From Cupriavidus necator (GTDB lineage Bacteria; Pseudomonadota; Gammaproteobacteria; Burkholderiales; Burkholderiaceae): a stretch of 32,000 bases of DNA. Both the position numbers and the translations under genes were made by a program. Position 1 is the stretch's first letter, and each line of letters opens with the position of its first letter. The notes under the pieces are model-generated. The model saw only the letters and a program-made list of their open reading frames with translations. It had not been told where the DNA came from and did not search any database. Of the stretch, positions 1 through 8,228 are shown in pieces. The stretch covers positions 840,001 through 872,000 of the forward strand of contig NZ_CP066018.1 of NCBI RefSeq assembly GCF_016127575.1, given 5' to 3'.

Positions 1-241
1 CGCCACCTGTACGTCCGTCGCATCCTGCCGAGCAGCGAAGTGCGGCAACAGTCGCGCGATCTCGGCTTCGAGGCCGTGGCTGTGCCAGCCCACAGAACTC
101 GCTGCCCGGGTCGCGGAAAATGTCCCGCTCCGGGCCGAAGTCGCGAACAAGGCACGTATCCAGAGCGACTGAGACCGGGCGCCAATGTCCGTCTCCTCGC
201 CAGGCAACATCCACTCTTTCAATCATCAGGAGCCGACCATC

Positions 242-1162
242 ATGACATCTGCCTCCGCAGAAAGCGCGCTCGCGCCATCCGCATCGAACGCGCAATCGAT
301 TCCAGCCACCCCCGAGGCACTGCTGAAGGCCGTGCTCAAAGCGAATTCCGGGACACACGACCCGCGCACCAGGACCATTCTTGATGCGCTTATCCGGCAT
401 GCGCACGCCTTCGCGTCAGAGGTCCAACTGACCTATGAGGAACTCCACCATGGCCTGGACTTCATGGTCCGCATCGGCCAGGCCACCGGACCGAAAAAAC
501 ACGAGGGCATCTTGCTGGCGGATATTCTCGGGCTTGCCACGCTGGTGCTTCTGATGGATGCCAAGGCCGTGCTTGCAGCCGGCGGCACCGAGCCCGCGCT
601 GATCGGCCCGTTCTGGCGTGCGAACCAGCCGGTTCGCGCCAACGGCGCGCACATCGCAACCCCGGACACCACGGGCGATCCGCTGTTCGTGCAGGGACGC
701 GTCGTGTCGATCGACGGCACGCCGATCGCCGGCGCGCGCGTCGAGACATGGCAGGCAGCGCCAAGCGGCCTGTACGAGAACCAGGACGAACACCAGGAGG
801 ACATGAACCTGCGTGGCGCGTTCGAGACCGATGCCGACGGGCGCTTCTGGTTCGAGAGCGTGCGGCCCTCAGGCTATGGCGTCCCGATCGACGGCCCCTG
901 CGGCGACCTCCTGGCCCTGCAGAACCGCGACCACATGCGCCCGGCCCATCTTCACTTCATCGCCATCGCACCAGGGCACAAGGTACTGACCACGCAGATC
1001 TTCGATGCCCTGGATCCCTTTGCCTTCAGCGACGCGGCGTTTGGCGCCGTCGGCTCGCTGCTGCGCGATTTTGAGCCGGTCGATGGCGGCGGCTTCCGTC
1101 TCGATGTCGAACTGAAACTCGAACCGGGGGAGACGCGCCTGCCCAAGCCGCCCTTGCCCTGA
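242..1162 (+). CDS. Intradiol ring-cleavage dioxygenase (hydroxyquinol/catechol 1,2-dioxygenase family)
   Basis: The ORF track gives 185..1162. The protein has the family-typical core (RPAHLHF, GRFWFESVRPSGY, TQIFD). AGGAG at 228-232 sits 9 nt before the ATG at 242, so I prefer 242 as the start; 185 is the alternative. Confidence 0.85.
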   Translation: MTSASAESALAPSASNAQSIPATPEALLKAVLKANSGTHDPRTRTILDALIRHAHAFASEVQLTYEELHHGLDFMVRIGQATGPKKHEGILLADILGLATLVLLMDAKAVLAAGGTEPALIGPFWRANQPVRANGAHIATPDTTGDPLFVQGRVVSIDGTPIAGARVETWQAAPSGLYENQDEHQEDMNLRGAFETDADGRFWFESVRPSGYGVPIDGPCGDLLALQNRDHMRPAHLHFIAIAPGHKVLTTQIFDALDPFAFSDAAFGAVGSLLRDFEPVDGGGFRLDVELKLEPGETRLPKPPLP

Positions 1163-1269
1163 ACCTCTTTCGACTCACGGAGATGTTGAACCTGCCCGCC
1201 CGGCGCCCTGCAACTTGGCGCCGAAGCCGCGGACCCTGACGTGCTCGCTCCGTAGTTCATTCAGGTCAC

Positions 1270-1320
1270 GCGACCGCCAGCATTGGATGTCCACGCAATC
1301 GTGGCAGTGCTGGCGGTCGC
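1270..1320. repeat. Perfect 13-bp inverted repeat (GCGACCGCCAGCA / TGCTGGCGGTCGC) with a 25-nt loop, in a convergent intergenic region
   Basis: Read directly. Arms are 1270-1282 and 1308-1320. The stem can extend inward by a G.U pair plus 2 bp. It lies between the dioxygenase stop (1162) and the MDR stop (1426). There is no U-tract. Confidence 0.6.
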
Positions 1321-1425
1321 CAGTCCGGCGCCATGCGCGGACGCGGCGATCCGGCCGGGCTTGTTCTTCCGGCGTCATGACCAAACGGCATCGCTCGATG
1401 CCGCTTGGCAAGAACCCCTGCCGAC

Positions 1426-2367
1426 TCAGGGCACCAGCACGAAACGCTGGCGCGCGCCCCTGGCCTGCGCGGCCCACACTTGCCCGACATCCTCCAGCGG
1501 CGCGGAGACGATATCGATTTCCATGCGCCCTGCCGCGGTATGCCGGCATAGCTCGGCATAGGCCTGCGCCTGGACCGCGACGGGCGCATGGTAGTAGGCA
1601 AAGCCCATGATGTCGAAACACGCCTTGCGCGCCGCGGCGCCGGCAAAGGCAATGGTGGGCGCCACCGTGGTGCCGATATGGACCAGCCGCCCGCCGTGGC
1701 CAAGCGCCAGCAGCGCGGCCTCTGCCGGCGCGCCGCACAGGTAATCCAGCACGATGTCGACGTTGCCGTCGGCCGCGTTGCGATAGGCATCCAGCAAGTC
1801 GCCGGGCTGGTCGAGCGGCACCACCGCATCCGCGCCAAGCCGGCGTGCGCGCTGCAGCGCCTGCACATTGCGCCCTGCCGCGATCACGCGGCCGGCACCC
1901 AGCAGCTTTGCCGCGGCCACCGCCAGCAATCCCGAGATACCGGTCGCGCCGAGCACGAGCACGGTCTCGCCCGGCTGCATGCGCGCCCGCCACGACAGCG
2001 GCAGCCATGCCGCCAGGCCGGCGTTGCCGAGCGCGGCGGCGCGCTCGTCATCGATGCCGTCCGGCACCGGGAAGGTCAGCGCCGGATCCACCAGCGCGCG
2101 CTGCGCCATCGAGCCGAACGGCGCGACCGGTGCGTTGACGTTGAAGTAGACCCGTTGTCCATCCGCAAGCCGCCCCACGCCCTCGCGCCCGACGACAAAG
2201 CTGCCCGCCGCCGGCTTGATGTAATGCCGGCCCTCGGCAATGGCCATATCCAGCCGTGACAGCGCCGCGGCGCCTACGTCAACTACCACCTGCCCGCCCG
2301 CCGGGGTGGGATCGTCAAACTCCTGGTACACCGGCGCCCTGCCGGCGAGCGAAACCGCTCCTTTCAT
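1426..2367 (-). CDS. Medium-chain dehydrogenase/reductase (quinone oxidoreductase / Zn-ADH-like family)
   Basis: 313-aa ORF with an ATG start and AAGGAGAAG 4 nt upstream. It has a GroES-like N-terminus and a Rossmann motif region (VLVLGATGISGLLAVAAAKLLGA). Confidence 0.8.
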   Translation of the reverse strand: MKGAVSLAGRAPVYQEFDDPTPAGGQVVVDVGAAALSRLDMAIAEGRHYIKPAAGSFVVGREGVGRLADGQRVYFNVNAPVAPFGSMAQRALVDPALTFPVPDGIDDERAAALGNAGLAAWLPLSWRARMQPGETVLVLGATGISGLLAVAAAKLLGAGRVIAAGRNVQALQRARRLGADAVVPLDQPGDLLDAYRNAADGNVDIVLDYLCGAPAEAALLALGHGGRLVHIGTTVAPTIAFAGAAARKACFDIMGFAYYHAPVAVQAQAYAELCRHTAAGRMEIDIVSAPLEDVGQVWAAQARGARQRFVLVP

Positions 2368-2444
2368 GTGCTTCTCCTTGTCCTTGATGTCCTTCTGGTC
2401 CGGGTCGATCTGCGACTTGGCATCGCCTAGTCAGCAGATTACAA

Positions 2445-2458
2445 TGCAATCGATTGCA
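2445..2458. promoter_or_regulatory. LacI-family-type operator palindrome TGCAATCGATTGCA (site 1)
   Basis: Perfect 14-bp palindrome with a central CG. It lies in the 225-bp divergent intergenic region between the MDR gene (start 2367) and the LacI-family gene (start 2593). The same 15-mer TGCAATCGATTGCAC recurs at 3647-3661. Confidence 0.6.
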
Positions 2459-2592
2459 CAACAAACGCGAAGCTGGCCGGCATCGAGGCCGATTCTAGGA
2501 ATGGCCGCAGCCCGGCGTCCAATCCACTTTTTGGCGGCATCCCGATAACCAGAAGGTATGGCAAGCAGCCTGCCGCACATGGCACGACAGCG

Positions 2593-3606
2593 ATGAGCAA
2601 ACCCACCATCAAGCAGATCGCCGAGGCATTGGACGTCCATCCTTCGACCGTGTCGCGCGTGCTCAACCCCGAGACCCGCCACCGCATCGGCGACGAACTG
2701 GTGGCGCGCGTGCTCAAGGCGGCACAGGACCTGCACTACTCGCCCAACCGCATCGCGGCGGCACTGCGCACGCGGCGCTCAGGCACCATCGGCGTGGTGG
2801 TGCCTGACATCGGCAGCCCGGTGTTCCCGCCGATCGTACTGGGCATCGAGAACGCCCTGTCCCGGCATCGCTATATTCCGATCGTGGCCAATGCCGGCGG
2901 CGACAAGGCGCGCCAGACCTTTATCGTCGACCAGCTGCTGGCGCGCCAGGTGGACGGCCTGATCCTGGCCACCGCCGAGCGCAACGACCCCGTGGTGGCG
3001 CACTGCCTGGCGCAGGGCGTGCCCATTGTGATGGTCAACCGCAGCGACGATGCGGGGCGCGTGTCGAGCGTGGTCGGCGACAGCCGCCAGGCGATGGCGC
3101 TGGCAGTCGGCCACCTGCATGCGCTGGGCCACCGCCGCATCGGGCATGTTGCCGGGCCATCCAGCCTGTCGACCGGGCATGAACGCGAGGCGGGCTTCCT
3201 GCAGGCAGTGGCTGACCTGGGCCTGTCCGCGTCCCAATGCCCGGTGGAGCGTGCGCCGGCTTATACGGAAGACGCCGGCCAGGCCGCGTGCGCGCAGCTG
3301 CTGTCGCGGCGGCAGCGCATCACCGCGGTCGTGGCCGCCAATGATTTCCTTGCGCTCGGCTGCTATGCGGCCGTGCGCGCGGCGGGCGGCAGCTGTCCGT
3401 CGGACCTGTCCGTGGTCGGTCACAACGACATGCTGCTGATGCACGCGGTGTCGCCGGCACTGACCACCATCCGCGTGCCGTTCTACGAGATGGGCACGCG
3501 CGCGGCGGCGCTGATGCTGGGCGCGCTCGACGGCAGCATCGCCACCACGGCGCGGACCCTGCTGACTCCCGAGCTGGTGGTGCGGGCATCAACCCGGCCC
3601 CTGTAA
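2593..3606 (+). CDS. LacI-family transcriptional regulator
   Basis: The N-terminal HTH (TIKQIAEALDVHPSTVSRVLN) is followed by a periplasmic-binding-protein-like sugar-binding fold (GHRRIGHVAGP, VVAANDFLALG). Confidence 0.9.
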   Translation: MSKPTIKQIAEALDVHPSTVSRVLNPETRHRIGDELVARVLKAAQDLHYSPNRIAAALRTRRSGTIGVVVPDIGSPVFPPIVLGIENALSRHRYIPIVANAGGDKARQTFIVDQLLARQVDGLILATAERNDPVVAHCLAQGVPIVMVNRSDDAGRVSSVVGDSRQAMALAVGHLHALGHRRIGHVAGPSSLSTGHEREAGFLQAVADLGLSASQCPVERAPAYTEDAGQAACAQLLSRRQRITAVVAANDFLALGCYAAVRAAGGSCPSDLSVVGHNDMLLMHAVSPALTTIRVPFYEMGTRAAALMLGALDGSIATTARTLLTPELVVRASTRPL

Positions 3607-3634
3607 GGCGGCCGCCATATGGCTCCGCTTCTTT

Positions 3635-3670
3635 GTGCCTTATCGTGCAATCGATTGCACGATAAGGCAC
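3635..3670. promoter_or_regulatory. 36-bp perfect palindrome containing LacI-type operator site 2 (core 3647-3660)
   Basis: GTGCCTTATCGTGCAATC|GATTGCACGATAAGGCAC, read directly. It lies between the lacI-family stop (3606) and the LysR start (3683). No T-run follows it, so an operator role is favoured over an intrinsic terminator. Confidence 0.6.
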
Positions 3671-3682
3671 CTACCCTGAGGC

Positions 3683-4630
3683 ATGACGATGGATCTCCGA
3701 CAGCTTCGCTATTTCAAGGTGCTGGCCACGCTGCAGCACTTCGGCCGCGCCTCGGCTGCGCTGCACATCGCGCAGCCCGCGCTGAGCCGGCAGATCCGGC
3801 TGCTCGAGGAAGAGCTGGGCGTGCGGCTGCTGGAACGCCATGTGCGCGGCGCCACGCCCACGCCGGAAGGCCTGGTGTTGCTGGACCGCGCGTCCTTCCT
3901 GCTGCGCTATGCCGACCAGGTCAAGGTCGACATCGCCGACCTGGCGGCCTCGCCGCGCGGGCTGGTGGCGCTGGGACTGACCCCGGCGCTGGCGCCGCTG
4001 CTGTTCATCCCGCTGGCCGAGGCGCTGCGCCAGCGCTATCCGGAAATCCGGCTGCGACTGGTCGAGAACTTTGCGCCCGCGCTACAGGATGCGTTGCTGC
4101 AAGGCACGCTCGACGTCGGGCTGCTGAGCGGGCCGGTGTCGAGCCCCGGGGTCTCGGTAGTGCCGCTGGTTGCCGAAAGCCTGTGCGCGATCGGCCCCTG
4201 GGGCGCTGCGTCGCTGGGGGATGGGCCTGTGGACATTGAACAGCTGCAGGGCCTGCCTCTGATCCTGACTGGGGTGTCCAAGTCAGGCGTGCGCCTGGCG
4301 CTGGAAGCGCTGGCGGCGCGCCAGCGGGTGGAGCTGCAAGTCACGATGGAGGTCGAATCAATCGAGGTGGCCAGGCGCCTGGTGGTGCGCGGGTTCGGCT
4401 GGACCGTGCACTTTGCCGCGGCGATACGCGACGAGCTGCAGGCGCAGCGTCTGCAGGCCTTGCCGATTCGTGGGCTGGAGTTGCATCGGATGATCGGCTA
4501 TGCGGCCGCGCGGCCGCCGTCGCGGGCGACGCTGGCTGTGATGGAAACGCTCAGGGATGTTGCCAGGGAATTGGCGGTTGATGGGAACTGGCCTAATAGT
4601 CGGTTGTTGGGGGAGGTTTTGGATAGTTAG
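3683..4630 (+). CDS. LysR-family transcriptional regulator
   Basis: N-terminal wHTH (MDLRQLRYFKVLATLQHFGRASAALHIAQPALSRQIRLLEEELG) plus a LysR substrate-binding domain. An alternative start at 3689 (MDLRQ) has better spacing to GAGG at 3677-3680. Confidence 0.9.
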   Translation: MTMDLRQLRYFKVLATLQHFGRASAALHIAQPALSRQIRLLEEELGVRLLERHVRGATPTPEGLVLLDRASFLLRYADQVKVDIADLAASPRGLVALGLTPALAPLLFIPLAEALRQRYPEIRLRLVENFAPALQDALLQGTLDVGLLSGPVSSPGVSVVPLVAESLCAIGPWGAASLGDGPVDIEQLQGLPLILTGVSKSGVRLALEALAARQRVELQVTMEVESIEVARRLVVRGFGWTVHFAAAIRDELQAQRLQALPIRGLELHRMIGYAAARPPSRATLAVMETLRDVARELAVDGNWPNSRLLGEVLDS

Positions 4631-4685
4631 CGGACGCGCTTGGCGGGCGCGGCTGTTGGGCAGTCCACCTCGTCATGCAGCCGCG

Positions 4686-5138
4686 CTACGGCGCTTGTAT
4701 TTTGGGGGAACCCGTGGCCACCACGCCATTGTGGTCGGTCATATCGCCCGTTTGGGTGGGCGGCGCGTTGACTCGAAAACGCACGCCTTCCAGTAGCTTG
4801 TCCCAAAGGACAATGGCTTCCTCGTCGCTCAGCGATGCCTTGTCCGCAGCGACGACCTCTGTTCGCATATTCGCGTGGATCCAAGCTGGGTGCAGCGTAG
4901 AACGTTCCCTACTAAAGTATTGGGCACCACTCCCGAGATTAGCTTCCGCCGGGACCTCCATCGCATAGCGCCCAAAGCAAACCTGCTTGGTCTTGGCAAA
5001 GAGGGTCTGCAAGCGCGGTGACATCGCTACGGATTCCAACTTTCCGTTCTCCGGCGCGGCATACGATTGGCCGCCCACCATCAGCAGGGCAGTCATGCTG
5101 ATGATGGCCAAGGCGCGGTGGATCATTGCTCCTCCCAT
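4686..5138 (-). CDS. Internally deleted paralogue of the adjacent Tli-like immunity gene (intact ORF, possibly a pseudogene)
   Basis: The N-terminal ~65 aa and residues ~77-132 align to residues ~5-68 and ~279-340 of the 407-aa neighbour. DNA similarity is visible at 4941-5105 vs 6221-6385 and at 4743-4915 vs 5398-5585. The lipobox Cys is replaced (LMVGGQS vs LLAGCQS). An alternative start is at 5126. Confidence 0.6.
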   Translation of the reverse strand: MGGAMIHRALAIISMTALLMVGGQSYAAPENGKLESVAMSPRLQTLFAKTKQVCFGRYAMEVPAEANLGSGAQYFSRERSTLHPAWIHANMRTEVVAADKASLSDEEAIVLWDKLLEGVRFRVNAPPTQTGDMTDHNGVVATGSPKIQAP

Positions 5139-5193
5139 GTTGTAGTGCTTGTGCGATCTGTCATGTCACCGACCGTGATGATGCGGCGGGGGC

Positions 5194-6405
5194 TCATGTG
5201 CTGGCCTCGCCCATCCACGTCCAGACAACCAGCGCTTCGTCGGACGGCAAAAGCCCGAAGCGGATCATCGGCATCCCTTTTTGCCGCAGGATGCCGGACT
5301 TGCTGGCCACCCAATCCGCCTGAGGGTGTTCGGGCGGAAGCGAGGCGCGCCAGATGCCGGACAGCGGGGTGGTTTCGCCCGACCGAACCGTGACCGGATC
5401 ACCGGTCTGCGTCGGCGGTGCGTTCACGCGGAAACGCACACCATCCAGCAGCCTGTCCCAGAGGGCTACAGCTTCTTCGTCCGTCAGCGATGCCTGATCC
5501 GCAGCGCCGATGCGATTGGCCGCCACCTTGGTGTACATCTTGGCGCCGATCACTGCCGGATGCAGCGTCGTTCGCTCCCTGCCAACAGCTTCCCACTCGA
5601 AGTCATGTGTGCCATCCGCACGGCGGACCAGCGATTCTTCCCCTTGCCAGACGCCGACCGTGCGCTTGCCCTCGCGCAGGGTCGTCAATTTCGGGTAGCG
5701 GCTACCCAGGTACTTCCTTTGCTCGGCAATCGAAGTCAGCAGACCAGGTTCGCCGTCCACGCTGGCCAGCTTGTTGGAGTCCACGGAAAAGCTCACATCG
5801 GGCAGGCTGGGCAGCCGAATGCCTGCGCCAAAGATTTCCTGATAGCTGCCGGACGCGTCCGCGACGAAGCCGTGGTCGATGCAGACGCCGGGGGCCGTGG
5901 GGATTTCTGCGTTGTCGCGTGCACGCAGCGCTCGAATCAGTTCGGGGTTCTTTCGTCCGCCCGACCACTCATACAGATGCGGCCCTGCCGTGACAAAGGT
6001 GTAGGTCCCTTCGGCCCCATATTGCTTGGCGACATCGCTTGGGAACCAGCGAACTTGTACACTGTGTTCCGTTGGCCCCCGCCCGAAGTAAGTGATTTCA
6101 GCCGTCTTGTCTTTTGCGAGTTGCGCCGCGCGATATGTTTCCGCCATTTCCATCAGCCTGCCTGCCGCGCCGACATGGGTCACAATTTCGCCGGGGAAAT
6201 CCTGGAAGCCCCACAGTAGTTTGGCTTCCGCCGGGACTTCCATCACATAGCGGCCAAAGCACACTGGTTTGGTCTTGGCGAAGAGAGTCTGCAAGCGCGG
6301 CGACAGTGCAACGGGTTCCGACATCTTGTTCTCCGGATACGCAAACGATTGGCAACCCGCGAGCAGCAGGCCAGCCAAGATCGTGGTGAAGCCGCAGCGG
6401 GTCAT
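5194..6405 (-). CDS. Lipoprotein, putative T6SS lipase-effector immunity protein (Tli-like, possibly Tli4 family)
   Basis: Signal peptide with the lipobox LLLAG|C. The ATG at 6405 forms an ATGA overlap with the effector stop (6402-6404); the longest ORF starts at 6417. It lies immediately downstream of the lipase effector and vgrG. Confidence 0.8.
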   Translation of the reverse strand: MTRCGFTTILAGLLLAGCQSFAYPENKMSEPVALSPRLQTLFAKTKPVCFGRYVMEVPAEAKLLWGFQDFPGEIVTHVGAAGRLMEMAETYRAAQLAKDKTAEITYFGRGPTEHSVQVRWFPSDVAKQYGAEGTYTFVTAGPHLYEWSGGRKNPELIRALRARDNAEIPTAPGVCIDHGFVADASGSYQEIFGAGIRLPSLPDVSFSVDSNKLASVDGEPGLLTSIAEQRKYLGSRYPKLTTLREGKRTVGVWQGEESLVRRADGTHDFEWEAVGRERTTLHPAVIGAKMYTKVAANRIGAADQASLTDEEAVALWDRLLDGVRFRVNAPPTQTGDPVTVRSGETTPLSGIWRASLPPEHPQADWVASKSGILRQKGMPMIRFGLLPSDEALVVWTWMGEAST

Positions 6406-8228
6406 ATGCCCCACCATGGCGCAGTGTTGGCAATCTTGATGATCGAATACAGCGCGCTCGCCAGCACCTGGTCATTCTGATAGCTGCCCTGATGCTCGTA
6501 GCCGGTTTGCCGGAATAGCGTACCGCGCACGGCTTCGGCGGACGCCTTGGCAGGCACCGTCTGGTCCCCGGCATCTGTCGGCGGCTCCAGGCGCAGGGTG
6601 AGCGTCTGATTGCCTCTGGTGCGCACCACGATGCGGCCCTCGGCATCCTCGCTCTCGATGGTCCACGTGAGTGGGTCGCCATGCGGTGCCAGATCGGCAG
6701 TGTCCGCCCGCCAAGTCACGCTGCCGTAGCATTTCTGCGAACTGTCCTCGCCGTAGCTCGCATAGGTCGTGGGGTGATACAGGTCCTTGATCTTCTTGTG
6801 GAATTTCTGCGCTTCGGCGATTTTCCACTTAGCGGCCGTATCTGCATCCATATCGACGTAAGGCTTGTTAGCCGGATTGATCCAATCCGGATTCAGCAGC
6901 CGCCACCAGCACTTCGGATTGCGCGTGTAGATGTCGTAGACCGGATCGCCCACCGCCATCGGCGGCGCCGGCTTGTCCACGCCCAGCTTCTGATGCAAGT
7001 CCAGATCGCTCAGATACGCCTTCAGCGGTGCATCCGATGCAATCGGCAGCGCCATGGCCTGTCGGTAGTCGCCGGTCTGCAGACGCAACCATCCTCGCGG
7101 ATAGGAGGCGGTCGGCAGCAGCTCCAGCGGCCCCGAGGCATTGGCAAATACCGCCGTCACTTCCTTGCCTGTTCTGCCCATGACATTGCGGGCAATGTTC
7201 CCAACCAGATTGTCCTGCACGTCGGACCCTGTGCGCACGCGCTTGTAGGCCGCCCCGGCGCCGAGCGCAGGCTGGACGCTATGGTAGACGCCGAGAATCT
7301 TGTCCTGCGCGTTGCCGTAGTCCGGATGCAGCAGGGCGCGGGCCACCAGGCCACCCATCGAGTGCGTGACGACGATCACCTTTTTGCACTGCCGCCCGTT
7401 GGCCTTGTACATCCCGATGATTTCGTCGATGCGCCTGGCCAGCTTCTTTGCGGACGTGCCATTGCTTTCCAGCCAGTTGTAGCCCATCGCGTAGACCGGA
7501 TACCAGCAGTTCGCCACGCGCAGGACATCGGCCTCGGTCAGCGCATCGCCGGCGCCGCCCCAATAGGCGGGGTTGACGCCCAGCACTTCCACCTTCTTGC
7601 CCTTCTTCCAGGCCGGCGAGAGCTCCCCGGCCACCAGCATGTCGTTCAGGTGAGCCTCCATCAGCTTGATCACCTCGCCGTAGGTCTCGAACATGACTTC
7701 GCTCCAGCCGCGCCAGCGGGCCTTCTGCGCGGCGGTGGCCTCGTGCTTGCCACGCTTGGCCTTCCACTGCTCGGCGGCAGGCGGCAACGGCGCGCTCATC
7801 AGCAAGCCGATGTCGGGCAGCCCATCGGGGACGTTGGCGTGCCGCTTGTCGGAATTGACCGTTTCCTCGCCGGTCATGTCGAACTTTCCGGCGTCCTCGG
7901 TGATCTCGTAACGGTCCACTTCGGTTTCATCGGGATCGAAGTTCATTTGCCGGCGACCCGGAGAGTCGTTGCGGCGGGCAAGCGTGTCCCCAGTGTCATC
8001 CGGCCGCCAGGCAATGTTGTCGTCGCGCTTGAGATCTTCCTGCCGCTTCCGGCTCATGCGAAGGTGGCTCCCCATGATGCCCGGCAGGAAGATGACCGGA
8101 ATCACCTTGTCAGGCGGCACCGGCAGACTGGCGCGGCGCGTGTCGGTCGAAGGTGTGAGTGCAACGACGGCTCCGGCGTGTCCGCCGATCTCTTCGCCGG
8201 TTTTCAGATGGATGCGATCAGTGGCCAC
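6402..8228 (-). CDS. Putative T6SS phospholipase/lipase effector (Tle-like alpha/beta hydrolase)
   Basis: 608 aa with a GTG start, and GGAG 7 nt upstream. It overlaps the vgrG 3' end by 11 nt. Motifs are VIFLPGIMGS (oxyanion region), VVTHSMGGLVA (nucleophile elbow, Ser290 codon at 7359-7361), AGDQTVP (Asp555) and GYEHQGSY (His579). Confidence 0.8.
   Translation of the reverse strand: MATDRIHLKTGEEIGGHAGAVVALTPSTDTRRASLPVPPDKVIPVIFLPGIMGSHLRMSRKRQEDLKRDDNIAWRPDDTGDTLARRNDSPGRRQMNFDPDETEVDRYEITEDAGKFDMTGEETVNSDKRHANVPDGLPDIGLLMSAPLPPAAEQWKAKRGKHEATAAQKARWRGWSEVMFETYGEVIKLMEAHLNDMLVAGELSPAWKKGKKVEVLGVNPAYWGGAGDALTEADVLRVANCWYPVYAMGYNWLESNGTSAKKLARRIDEIIGMYKANGRQCKKVIVVTHSMGGLVARALLHPDYGNAQDKILGVYHSVQPALGAGAAYKRVRTGSDVQDNLVGNIARNVMGRTGKEVTAVFANASGPLELLPTASYPRGWLRLQTGDYRQAMALPIASDAPLKAYLSDLDLHQKLGVDKPAPPMAVGDPVYDIYTRNPKCWWRLLNPDWINPANKPYVDMDADTAAKWKIAEAQKFHKKIKDLYHPTTYASYGEDSSQKCYGSVTWRADTADLAPHGDPLTWTIESEDAEGRIVVRTRGNQTLTLRLEPPTDAGDQTVPAKASAEAVRGTLFRQTGYEHQGSYQNDQVLASALYSIIKIANTAPWWGI

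Noticed and set aside
1-184. Coding-like sequence at the left edge on both strands. The plus frame gives RHLYVRRILPSSEVRQQSRDLGFEAV.., then after a frame switch ..ELAARVAENVPLRAEVANKARIQSD* with a stop at 172-174. The mirror minus frame gives ..WHSHGLEAEIARLLPHFAARQDATDVQVA, which is cupin-like around WHSH, with a possible GTG start at 93.
   Set aside because: The codon-position G+C is symmetric for the two strands. The apparent frame switch near position ~93 occurs on both. The fragment is too short and cut by the window edge. I cannot decide the strand, the frame, or whether a frameshift is real, so I did not call it as a feature.
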